The position numbers and the translations under genes are program-made. DNA of 48,674 bases. It comes from a bacterium. Lineage in GTDB: Bacteria > Synergistota > GBS-1. Each line of letters opens with the position of its first letter. The stretch's first letter is position 1. This document shows, piece by piece, positions 1 to 8,064 of this stretch. The stretch is from assembly GCA_030153785.1 (NCBI GenBank), contig JASKLF010000011.1, positions 1-48,674 on the forward strand, written 5' to 3'. The notes beneath the pieces were generated by a model that did not search any database, was not told the DNA's origin, and was given only the letters and a program-made list of their open reading frames with translations.

Positions 1-219
1 GAGCAGATGGCTGCAGCTATGGACTCTATTGTGAAGTCTGTGAGGCATGTTATGGAGGTAGTTGAGGGTATAGAGGGTGCTGTTGATGATCAGCTTAGGT
101 TATCTGAGGAGGTAAGGGAGATAGGTTCTAAGTTAAGCGATCAGGCTAAGAAGCTAAGGGATGCTGTATTGAAGTTCAGAGTGGAAGAGAAGGAAGAAAG
201 AGGCATAGCTCCTGTGTAG
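1..219 (+). CDS. Methyl-accepting chemotaxis protein, C-terminal end (partial, truncated by window start)
   Basis: Frame open from base 1 (EQMAAAMDSI...). Heptad helix ending in LSDQAKKLRDAVLKFRV resembles the MCP C-terminal methylation helix. Confidence 0.7.
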   Translation, partial: EQMAAAMDSIVKSVRHVMEVVEGIEGAVDDQLRLSEEVREIGSKLSDQAKKLRDAVLKFRVEEKEERGIAPV

Positions 220-226
220 ATTGTGA

Positions 227-269
227 GAGATGGTAGAGGGAGATAACTCTTCCTCTACCATCTCCTTTT
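227..269. terminator. Probable bidirectional intrinsic terminator between convergent genes
   Basis: 17-bp stem GAGATGGTAGAGGGAGA-taac-TCTTCCTCTACCATCTC (one G-U pair) followed by CTTTT; right arm overlaps the stop codon of the minus-strand gene. Confidence 0.75.
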
Positions 270-1631
270 AATTTCCGTGCCTGGGAAATAAAATTGAAGT
301 ATTTCAGTGTAGCTTTTTCCTTTCTCAGCTAAAGTCTTTGCTCCCCACTGACTCATTCCTACGCCATGTCCCCATCCTCTTCCTTCAAATATAAAGATGC
401 TCTCTCCATCCTTCGCTTCGAAGGAGATCTCTTCTTGGGGCTGTTCATTTTGTGGTGCTACATCTCTTTCCAGAATTCCATAGGCTTCGGCTAATATAAG
501 AATGATGTCATCGTAGGAGTAACCCTTAGCGAGAAGTTCTTTTATATTTATGCTTCTTGCCCTGGCTCTTCTTTCCTCTTTGCTGAGCTTAGGGGGATAC
601 AGGTTAGATGGTTTCGCTTTACCTTCCCTTTTCTCGTTGGCTTTTTTCTTTAAGATATCGAAGGCAGTGCTTCTTAAGAGGGAATATCCTATCATTTGTC
701 TGACCCGTGTGGCTGGTATCTCTATGCTTCTTTTTGACCCTATTATGCGAATTGTTAAGGCTCTAAAGGATAGGTTATCTCTTTTAGTTATTGCTAAGTC
801 TTTGATGTCTTCTATTTCAATGCCATTTTCAGATAAAATCTCTACAAGTTTGCTTGAGGGAAGCTCTAATTTCCAATGCTTGTAAGGGGAATTGCAACTG
901 GCATAAAACTCCTCTTTTCTGCCCTTTAGATAGGGGATATCCCTTCCCCACACATATTTTGAAGAAGTAGTGCATCCACCGCTATCGGAGTGATAAAATA
1001 CCTTTGCTAAGGTTCCGTTATATGTTAGAACTTCGCCTTTTGTGGCGTCAACGGCCTTGTTTAAGATCGGGTCTTCGCTTGATAGCCCCTTGTATCCTTG
1101 ACAGTGGTTTCCTGCACAAAGGTCAAACCCTTGGGAGCTGTGCCTTCCTATATTGTTCAATGCGTAGGTTCTTGAAACCACAGCCTGCGCTTTTAAAGCT
1201 TCAAAGGGCCAGGAGGGGCTGATTTCGGCCTTAAGTACCCCATAAAGATACTCTTCTATTGATACGAGATTTATGATAGTTAAACCATTTCCCTTAGGGA
1301 TAACCTCAAAACTTCCCCTATAAGGTTTCCCATTATAGCGTATAAGGCTTCCCATAGCTGGAGTTATGGAGATTTTTTTCTTAAAGGTGATATCATTTAC
1401 CTTTGCTGTTCCATTTATGCATGCTATTTGGAGCTTTCTTCCCTTGAGGATAACCTTGTTTCCTTCTGCAATCGTCATAGGGGCATCGGAAAGAAAAACG
1501 GCTTCCTTTTCCCCGATAGCTAAGCCAACTTTTATTAATACTTCTGTATCCTTAGCGTTTATTGGTGTTGTTTTAACGGCGGTAATGATGAAGGTAAAGA
1601 TAAAGATTAACAGCACTATCCTGTTTTTCAA
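255..1631 (-). CDS. SpoIID/LytB domain peptidoglycan lytic transglycosylase with signal peptide
   Basis: Motifs YRG, EEYLYGVLKAE, EALKAQAVVSRTYA and GRGWGHGVGMSQWGA; hydrophobic N-terminus. TTG at 1631 fits the AGGAGGTG SD better than the GTG at 1640. Confidence 0.9.
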   Translation of the reverse strand: MKNRIVLLIFIFTFIITAVKTTPINAKDTEVLIKVGLAIGEKEAVFLSDAPMTIAEGNKVILKGRKLQIACINGTAKVNDITFKKKISITPAMGSLIRYNGKPYRGSFEVIPKGNGLTIINLVSIEEYLYGVLKAEISPSWPFEALKAQAVVSRTYALNNIGRHSSQGFDLCAGNHCQGYKGLSSEDPILNKAVDATKGEVLTYNGTLAKVFYHSDSGGCTTSSKYVWGRDIPYLKGRKEEFYASCNSPYKHWKLELPSSKLVEILSENGIEIEDIKDLAITKRDNLSFRALTIRIIGSKRSIEIPATRVRQMIGYSLLRSTAFDILKKKANEKREGKAKPSNLYPPKLSKEERRARARSINIKELLAKGYSYDDIILILAEAYGILERDVAPQNEQPQEEISFEAKDGESIFIFEGRGWGHGVGMSQWGAKTLAEKGKSYTEILQFYFPGTEIKRRW

Positions 1632-1850
1632 AAAGGACACCTCCTTTATTTTCTTTCGAAGAGATTATATCATGCTTTACCCCTGATGAAATAAAGCCTT
1701 TGGCGCTTGAAAATAGCTTAAGGCAATGTGCGGTTAAGATGGACCGATACCTTGCAGAACCTGGAGATTGAGATAGATAACAATCTGCCTTAACAAGGAG
1801 GGTTTTTAATAACTTTGATGTTAATTTATGTTAAAATGGGATTTGAGGCC

Positions 1851-1879
1851 TTGACATATTTTACATCCCATAGTATATT
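1851..1879 (+). promoter_or_regulatory. Sigma70 promoter of tRNA operon
   Basis: TTGACA (1851-1856), 17-nt spacer, TATATT (1874-1879), just upstream of tRNA-Lys. Confidence 0.8.
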
Positions 1880-1892
1880 TATCTTGCCCTGA

Positions 1893-1967
1893 GGGCTGTT
1901 AGCTCAGTGGTAGAGCATCGGACTTTTAATCCGAGGGTCGCAGGTTCGATCCCTGCACAGCCCACCA
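1893..1967 (+). tRNA. tRNA-Lys(TTT)
   Basis: Acceptor GGGCTGT/ACAGCCC, anticodon arm TCGGA-CTTTTAA-TCCGA, T-loop GTTCGAT, encoded CCA. Confidence 0.97.
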
Positions 1968-1971
1968 TGGT

Positions 1972-2047
1972 GCTCCCGTCGTCTAGGGGCCTAGGACACC
2001 GCCCTTTCAAGGCGGCGGCACGGGTTCAAATCCCGTCGGGAGCGCCA
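1972..2047 (+). tRNA. tRNA-Glu(TTC)
   Basis: Acceptor GCTCCCG/CGGGAGC, anticodon arm CCGCC-CTTTCAA-GGCGG, T-loop GTTCAAA, CCA. Confidence 0.97.
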
Positions 2048-2058
2048 TTTTTTTAGAT

Positions 2059-2134
2059 GCCGGTGTAGCTCAACAGGTAGAGCGGTGGAATCGTAATCCA
2101 CGGGTTGTCGGTTCGAGTCCGGCCACCGGCTCCA
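2059..2134 (+). tRNA. tRNA-Thr(CGT)
   Basis: Acceptor GCCGGTG/CACCGGC, anticodon arm GTGGA-ATCGTAA-TCCAC, T-loop GTTCGAG, CCA. Confidence 0.93.
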
Positions 2135-2148
2135 TTTTAGAAAGTTAG

Positions 2149-2181
2149 AGGCATTCCCTTAAAAGAGGGAATGCCTTTTTG
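2149..2181 (+). terminator. Intrinsic terminator of tRNA operon
   Basis: AGGCATTCCCT-taaaag-AGGGAATGCCT followed by a T-tract. Confidence 0.9.
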
Positions 2182-2231
2182 TTTTTTATGTTATACTTGA
2201 TTTGTAAGTATTTTTGAAGGTGGTGAGCTTT

Positions 2232-2783
2232 ATGCTTAAGGAGCTTTTACTGAAAAGAAGGTCTGTCAGGAACTTCCTTAAGAAGAGCATGCCTAAGGAT
2301 CTTTTTGATTACCTTCTCTGGGTTTCCTATGGTAGGGTTGATGGAAGGCTTGTTGTCCCTTCTGGTGGGGCTACATACCCGATTCGTGTATACGCCGTTT
2401 TAGGAGATGTGGAGGGTTTGAAGCCTGGGGTCTATAGATACAATAACATGGAAAACAGCCTTTCTATTCACCTTGAAAGGGATGTCATGAGAGATCTCTC
2501 GAGAACCTGCTTGAATCAAAGATATGTGGCTGATGCCTCGTTTAACATAGTTATAGCTGTTAATTATCCCAGAATTACATCGGTTTATGGTGAGAGGGGC
2601 AGAAGGTATGCCATCCTTGAGGCAGGGCACATAGGGCAGAATATATATCTTGCTTGTGCAGAAAAAGGCCTTGGCACCGTTGCTATAGGTGCCTTTAACG
2701 ATGATCTTGTGGCTCGTGTTCTTATGCTTCCGTCAGATGTTGACCCTCTCTATATATTTCCGGTGGGATATCCAGCGGGGTAG
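2232..2783 (+). CDS. SagB/ThcOx-like nitroreductase family flavoprotein
   Basis: RRSVRNF, PSGGATYP, YGERGRRYAILEAGHIGQN, GLGTVAIGAF motifs. ATG 2232 follows a GGTGGTGA SD (ORF track start 2214). Confidence 0.85.
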   Translation: MLKELLLKRRSVRNFLKKSMPKDLFDYLLWVSYGRVDGRLVVPSGGATYPIRVYAVLGDVEGLKPGVYRYNNMENSLSIHLERDVMRDLSRTCLNQRYVADASFNIVIAVNYPRITSVYGERGRRYAILEAGHIGQNIYLACAEKGLGTVAIGAFNDDLVARVLMLPSDVDPLYIFPVGYPAG

Positions 2784-2790
2784 ATGAAAA

Positions 2791-3873
2791 ATGGCTCTAT
2801 CTTTGGGTATAGTTGGTTTACCTAATGCGGGAAAGTCTACCTTGTTTAACGCCCTTACGAGGGCGGGGGTCTTGGTGGCGAGCTATCCTTTTTCAACCAT
2901 TGACCCCCATAAGGGTGTTGCTTTTGTTCCCGATGAGAGGCTTGAAAAGCTTGCTTCCCTTTTGAGGCCTCCGAAAGTGGTTCCCGCGGAGATAGAGTTC
3001 TATGATATAGCTGGTTTGGTTAAGGGTGCGAGTAGGGGAGAGGGGCTTGGGAACCAGTTTTTAAGCTACATAAGAGGTGTGGATGCAATTGTTGAGGTGG
3101 TTAGAGCTTTTGAGAGTGAAAGCGTTTCCCATTCGGAGGGAAGCATAGACCCGATTCGAGACGCTCAGATAATCGAGTTGGAGCTTATGCTTTCCGATTT
3201 GGAACTTGTTGAAAGGTGGATTGAGAAACACGGAAAGGCAGCGCGCCTTGGAGATAAGAAGGCCAGAGAAGAGCTCGAATTCTTGGAGAAGGTTAGAAAC
3301 CTTCTTGCCAGAGGAGAGCCTTTAAGAGGGAAACTGCCAGAAGAGGAGCTTGAGAAGCTTTCCAAGTTTTATCAACTTCTTTCAACAAAGCCTCATTTGT
3401 ATTATCTTAATTCCTCGGAAGAGGTAGATGAAGGGGTTTTAATGGAATTTGAGAAATGGGCTTCCTTAAGAAATGCCACTGTAATCTGGGGATGTGCAAA
3501 GCTGGAAATGGAGCTTTCGGAACTTTCAGAGGAAGAAGCTCAAGAGTTTATGAAAGAGATCGGAATCGAATCGTCCTTAAGGAAGCTTATAAGGGCATCT
3601 TACGATATCCTGAACTTGATAACATTTTTTACCTTTAATGAGAAAGAGTTAAGAGCTTGGCCGGTGATAAGGGGCACCAAGGTTACACAGGCGGCGGGTA
3701 AAATTCACACGGATATGGAAAAGGGATTTATAAAGGCGGAAGTCATATCTGTTTCAAAGTTGCTGGAGGTCGGCGATTATAAACTTGCCAGGGAAAGGGG
3801 CTTAATTAGAATAGAGGGTAAAGATTATGTGGTTCAGGATGGTGATATTATATACGTAATATTCAAGGCTTGA
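2791..3873 (+). CDS. ychF: Redox-regulated ribosome-binding ATPase YchF
   Basis: GIVGLPNAGKST, DIAGLVKGASRGEGLGNQFL, IHTDMEKGFIKAEV, EGKDYVVQDGD. Confidence 0.97.
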   Translation: MALSLGIVGLPNAGKSTLFNALTRAGVLVASYPFSTIDPHKGVAFVPDERLEKLASLLRPPKVVPAEIEFYDIAGLVKGASRGEGLGNQFLSYIRGVDAIVEVVRAFESESVSHSEGSIDPIRDAQIIELELMLSDLELVERWIEKHGKAARLGDKKAREELEFLEKVRNLLARGEPLRGKLPEEELEKLSKFYQLLSTKPHLYYLNSSEEVDEGVLMEFEKWASLRNATVIWGCAKLEMELSELSEEEAQEFMKEIGIESSLRKLIRASYDILNLITFFTFNEKELRAWPVIRGTKVTQAAGKIHTDMEKGFIKAEVISVSKLLEVGDYKLARERGLIRIEGKDYVVQDGDIIYVIFKA

Positions 3874-5027
3874 AAAAGATTCTTTTCCTTATTCCCGTAT
3901 TAAAAGATGGTTCGGGGATATTTCTAACCGAGCTTGCCAAAGGATTAAAAAATTTGGGTTGGGATATATCTCTGGCTTCAGCTCCGGAAAGCGGTGACTG
4001 GGTTGAATGGAAGAACCTTAGGGAAGAGTTTGAGAGGATAGCTTCATCTATTTATGAGGTGGACTTCTTTAACAGGTCCTCTCAGGCCTTTTGGGGCAAT
4101 GTGGATAAACTCTTGCAGGTGTTAAGAAATGAGGGCTTCGGTATATTAGCTCCTCAGTCTTGCGTTCCCGCGTCAGCATGTTTAATATGTAAAGACCTAC
4201 TGTTGCTAAATACGCCTGTGGTATTAACTTTACACAGTTGGGGAACTGATAGGGCTTATTGGATGGACCTGTGGGATACTTGGGCTTTAAGCCGTGTCGA
4301 CCATGTGTGTTTTGTCTCGGAAGGTTATAGAGATGCTCTCTTAAGGAGGCTTTCCTTCAAGCTTGATTTAGGTAAGACTTCTGTGATTAAACCTGGCCTT
4401 CACATCGTAGATGATTATCCACATAAGGAGAGGCTAAAGGAAACTTTTGGCTTAAAGCTCAATGTTCCTGTGAATTCCTTTTGGATTACCACCCTTGGTG
4501 GAATATCGGAAAGGAAGGGACACCTCGAGCTTATAAGGGCCTTTAGGAGATTAATTGAAATGGGGAAGGATGCTTATCTTTTCTTTATAGGCCCCGTTAG
4601 GGAAATGGACTACTTTAGAGAAATGCTTACCGTTTTTAAAGAGATTCATCATAGGGTTAAGTTTATGGGATACATGAAAGACCCATACCCCTTGGTTAAG
4701 GCTTCTGACTTATTCCTTTTCCCCAGTAAGAGCGAGGGGCTTGGCTTGGCCTTGATGGAAGCCATGGCTTTAGGAGTTCCGTGTATATCTTCAGATATCG
4801 AGGGAACCAAGGATTTGGTTTGTAATGGCAGGTACGCTTTAGCTCTGGAAGAGTTAAACGAAAAGGAAATATTGGAGGCTTTAATCTATGCTCTTGAAAA
4901 TTATGAGGAGTTGGTGTATATTTCTAGTATAGCTAAGGAGAGGGTTTTAAGAGAGTTTAGCTTTGCGAGGACCGTTGAACTTTATGATATGCTCTACAAA
5001 AAATTTTTAAAAGCTTCCTTAAGTTGA
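3870..5027 (+). CDS. Glycosyltransferase family 4
   Basis: GT-B signature ERKGH and PSKSEGLGLALMEAMALGVP (EX7E). Confidence 0.9.
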   Translation: MKKILFLIPVLKDGSGIFLTELAKGLKNLGWDISLASAPESGDWVEWKNLREEFERIASSIYEVDFFNRSSQAFWGNVDKLLQVLRNEGFGILAPQSCVPASACLICKDLLLLNTPVVLTLHSWGTDRAYWMDLWDTWALSRVDHVCFVSEGYRDALLRRLSFKLDLGKTSVIKPGLHIVDDYPHKERLKETFGLKLNVPVNSFWITTLGGISERKGHLELIRAFRRLIEMGKDAYLFFIGPVREMDYFREMLTVFKEIHHRVKFMGYMKDPYPLVKASDLFLFPSKSEGLGLALMEAMALGVPCISSDIEGTKDLVCNGRYALALEELNEKEILEALIYALENYEELVYISSIAKERVLREFSFARTVELYDMLYKKFLKASLS

Positions 5028-5045
5028 GCTTAAGGCTTCCGATAT
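5019..5045 (+). promoter_or_regulatory. Sigma28 (FliA/SigD) promoter of flagellin
   Basis: TTAA (5019-5022), N15, TCCGATAT (5038-5045); same arrangement as the SigD-type hag promoter. Confidence 0.85.
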
Positions 5046-5052
5046 AATTAGT

Positions 5053-5207
5053 GAGAGGAGGTGGTGTAACCACAGGAAGGTGAAGGAGAGAGATTGATGG
5101 TATGCTTTTTGCAAGGATGCGTTAACTTTTAGAGCCAACGGAAGGCTCGGCGCCTTAGGCACGGATGCTTAAGGCGTAAAAGTGATTAACCAAGGAGGGT
5201 GAGGTTC
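5053..5207 (+). promoter_or_regulatory. Flagellin 5' leader with multiple CsrA-type (ANGGA-in-loop) hairpins
   Basis: GC-AAGGAT-GC (5111-5120), GAGCC-AACGGAA-GGCTC (5132-5148), CGCCTTAGGC-ACGGAT-GCTTAAGGCG (5151-5176), SD AAGGAGG (5192-5198). Confidence 0.75.
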
Positions 5208-7574
5208 ATGATAGTTAATCATAATATCTCCGCGTTGAATGCTTATCGTAATTTGACTATTACGCAATCTGGCTTATCTAAATCTCTGGAGCGCCTTTCC
5301 TCAGGTTTGAGAATTAACCGTGCTGCTGATGACGCCGCAGGACTTGCTATTTCTGAAAAGATGAGAACCCAGATAAACGGTTTGGCTCAGGCTATAAGGA
5401 ACGCTCAGGATGGTATCTCTCTCATTCAAACTGCTGAGGGAGCGATGGATGAAGTCCATGCTATTCTTCAAAGAATGAGGGAACTTGCCAACCAGGCTGC
5501 AAACGATACTTACACTGCCTATGACCGTCAGCAAATACAAAAGGAGATAGATCAGCTTAAGGCTGAGGTAGACAGGATTGCTGAAACCACGCAGTTTAAC
5601 ACGAAGAAGCTTTTGACAGGGGAACTTTCTTACACCTTGAACAAGGTAAGAGGAGATGCTGAAGTAACCAACATGACGGCGGATAGTCGCGTTGAAGCGG
5701 GTAAATACCAGGTTGCTATATATCAGGCTGCCGATGTGGCCAAGCTCGTTGGTGGGACCGCCTTTGATTCAAGTGGCGATACAAGTACAGTTCTTCACAC
5801 GGGAGATGTTTACATTAACGGTGTTGCCGTTCACTTTGATTCTGATGAGTTTAATGCTGCTTCCGATAAGCTTCAATATATCATTGACAAGATTAACGCA
5901 GTGAGGGCTCAGACTAATGTGGAAGCACGTAAGGTGCAAGATCCCTACAACTCCAATATTTATCATCTTCAGCTTGTTCAGCTTGATGTGGGGACTTCCA
6001 ATGTGATTCAGCTTTCTGGAGATGACCAGACTTTGAAAGACCTTGGTTTTGGTATGAGAATGGGTGCTGTGGGAAGTGATATAGCTCTTACAAACGATGT
6101 GATAAGTGTAACTGGTTCGCTCTTTATAAACAACGTGTATGTGGGTCAAGTTGCTGCTACTGACACTATCCAGGACGTAGTTGCGATGATAAATAACGCG
6201 GCGGATGAAACAGGTGTTATGGCTGAAGCTGTTCAAGTAAGTATTAGTAGCGATGGAGCGACAAGGGCTTGGAATTTAAGATTAATTGAGGCAACGCCTG
6301 GAAGAGGAATAGATTTAAGCTATACTACCACGTCCCTTGCTACCGCGCTTGGTTTTGACATCGCTACTAACGGTCCAGATCTTTTGGACGGTTCTTTTAC
6401 CCTTATAAGAAGAGGCGGGGATTCCAACGAGAGATGGCTCGAAGGGGCTGAAGATATAACCACAAGTCTATTTAGCAGTAGTTTCCAGAACGGTGATCGA
6501 ATAAGAATAAATGGCGTTTGGATTACCTTGAGAGATGATAGTATAGGTTTGAATTTGCAATCCCTCGTTTCCGTTGCTGCGAGAATTAATACCTTCTCTG
6601 ATGTCACGGGTGTTAGGGCGGAGGTTGTTACAACTGGTGCTGGAGATGATGAAGAAGCCCGCTTGAGGCTTTACCAGATCACGCCCGATCCTAATAATAA
6701 GATCATTCTTTATTCTGATGTTTCGCAGGACAACTACAAGCTTAATCTCAGCACAGGAGCTGCCACCGCCAACACATCTAATGCTCTTTCAAATATTGGG
6801 TTTGACTATAATCATGCAAATGGCATTCTTGACTCTACCGTGGTTGGTGCTCGTGCAACAACTGGTGTCAATGTGAAGGTTAGGGTTTACTCCACAGACG
6901 ATGCTGGCAATCACGTGGCCATTTTCCATGACAAAGCCCTTATAATAGAAGGAGAGGGTTACCTGGTTAAACTTGACAAGAAGGAAATAGATAGCAAGAT
7001 TTACACGCCCTTGAATTACGATTATACCAAGAGAGGCATAGGGTTGAGCTTCGAGATTAAGGGAAGCAATAACCCGTGGGCAACCGCTAAGACCTTCTCC
7101 TATGTGGATCCATCTTACGGAGATACCGCGGTTAACGTTTATCTCTGGGGTAGTGCCGCCGAGATAAGGGTTAATACTGACAAAAGTCTTTTCCTTCACA
7201 TCGGTGCTAACGAAGGCGAAACCATGAGAATAGACATAGACTCATTAAGCACCGATGGGCTTGGGATTGCCGAGATCGATGTTACAACTCAGGAGGGAGC
7301 AGAGCTTGCTTTAACGACCCTTAGTGAGGCCATAAATAAGGTTTCTGATCAGCGTGCCAAGCTTGGTGCTTTCCAGAATAGGTTAGAGCACACCATAAGG
7401 AATTTAAGCGTGGCTCAGGAGAACACCCAAGCTGCGGAATCCAGAATTAGAGATGTAGATATGGCTCAGGAAATGATGCAGTTTACGAAGCTTCAGATAC
7501 TCTTGCAGTCTGGCACTGCAATGCTTGCTCAGGCAAACATGTTACCACAGAATGTGCTTCAGCTCTTGAGATAA
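5208..7574 (+). CDS. fliC: Flagellin, 788 aa, with large hypervariable region
   Basis: N-term [10 protein letters not shown]...[28 protein letters not shown]-term [14 protein letters not shown]...[14 protein letters not shown]...[11 protein letters not shown] 5208 matches the conserved flagellin start. Confidence 0.97.
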   Translation: MIVNHNISALNAYRNLTITQSGLSKSLERLSSGLRINRAADDAAGLAISEKMRTQINGLAQAIRNAQDGISLIQTAEGAMDEVHAILQRMRELANQAANDTYTAYDRQQIQKEIDQLKAEVDRIAETTQFNTKKLLTGELSYTLNKVRGDAEVTNMTADSRVEAGKYQVAIYQAADVAKLVGGTAFDSSGDTSTVLHTGDVYINGVAVHFDSDEFNAASDKLQYIIDKINAVRAQTNVEARKVQDPYNSNIYHLQLVQLDVGTSNVIQLSGDDQTLKDLGFGMRMGAVGSDIALTNDVISVTGSLFINNVYVGQVAATDTIQDVVAMINNAADETGVMAEAVQVSISSDGATRAWNLRLIEATPGRGIDLSYTTTSLATALGFDIATNGPDLLDGSFTLIRRGGDSNERWLEGAEDITTSLFSSSFQNGDRIRINGVWITLRDDSIGLNLQSLVSVAARINTFSDVTGVRAEVVTTGAGDDEEARLRLYQITPDPNNKIILYSDVSQDNYKLNLSTGAATANTSNALSNIGFDYNHANGILDSTVVGARATTGVNVKVRVYSTDDAGNHVAIFHDKALIIEGEGYLVKLDKKEIDSKIYTPLNYDYTKRGIGLSFEIKGSNNPWATAKTFSYVDPSYGDTAVNVYLWGSAAEIRVNTDKSLFLHIGANEGETMRIDIDSLSTDGLGIAEIDVTTQEGAELALTTLSEAINKVSDQRAKLGAFQNRLEHTIRNLSVAQENTQAAESRIRDVDMAQEMMQFTKLQILLQSGTAMLAQANMLPQNVLQLLR

Positions 7575-7585
7575 ATGATGGTATA

Positions 7586-7636
7586 GGAGGAAGGGGAGGG
7601 GTGCCCTTCTGGGTGCTCTTCCCCTTTTTCTCTTTT
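7586..7636 (+). terminator. Intrinsic terminator after flagellin (G-U-rich stem)
   Basis: GAAGGGGAGGGGTGCCC-ttct-GGGTGCTCTTCCCCTTT followed by T-rich tail. Confidence 0.7.
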
Positions 7637-7655
7637 AATGCGAGGGGGGTCTTAG

Positions 7656-8021
7656 ATGAGAATTGAGGATGTAAACCCGGGTTTGGAATATAAAGTGAGC
7701 CACGTAGTCGAGAAGGAGGCGCATCAAGAGAGGGCTTTACAGGAACCTTTAAAGAGGATTCAAGAGGAACAGAAAAAGGCTGCACGGGGAGAGCTTGATA
7801 AAGAGGAGCTAAAAGATATATTGAATAAGTTCAACAGGTTTTTGGACGCCTTTAATATTCAGCTTAAGTTTAAGCTTCATGAGGAAACGAAAACCTGGAT
7901 AGTAAGGGTGGTCGATGTAGAAAATGATAGGGTAATAAGGGAAATCCCGCCAGAGAAGATACTTGACATGTTCGCCAAGATGATGGAGTTAATGGGTATA
8001 ATCTTTGATGAGAGAGTTTAA
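7656..8021 (+). CDS. flaG: Flagellar protein FlaG
   Basis: LKFKLHEET...VRVVD...VIREIPPEKILD...GIIFDERV; located between flagellin and fliD. Confidence 0.93.
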   Translation: MRIEDVNPGLEYKVSHVVEKEAHQERALQEPLKRIQEEQKKAARGELDKEELKDILNKFNRFLDAFNIQLKFKLHEETKTWIVRVVDVENDRVIREIPPEKILDMFAKMMELMGIIFDERV

Positions 8022-8044
8022 TAAAGTTTTCCCCTTTCCGATAT
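8018..8044 (+). promoter_or_regulatory. Sigma28 promoter of fliD operon
   Basis: TTAA (8018-8021), N15, TCCGATAT (8037-8044); same boxes as the flagellin promoter, followed by a GGAGGTGA SD. Confidence 0.85.
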
Positions 8045-8064
8045 ATAAGGGGAGGTGAAGGAGA

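Noticed and set aside
1724..1750. Possible sigma28 promoter (ACCGATAC)
   Set aside because: No TAAA/TTAA at the 15-nt spacing and no downstream ORF.
1893..2134. tRNA cluster as prophage/island attachment site
   Set aside because: No integrase and no duplicated tRNA 3' end seen in the window; flanking genes are housekeeping.
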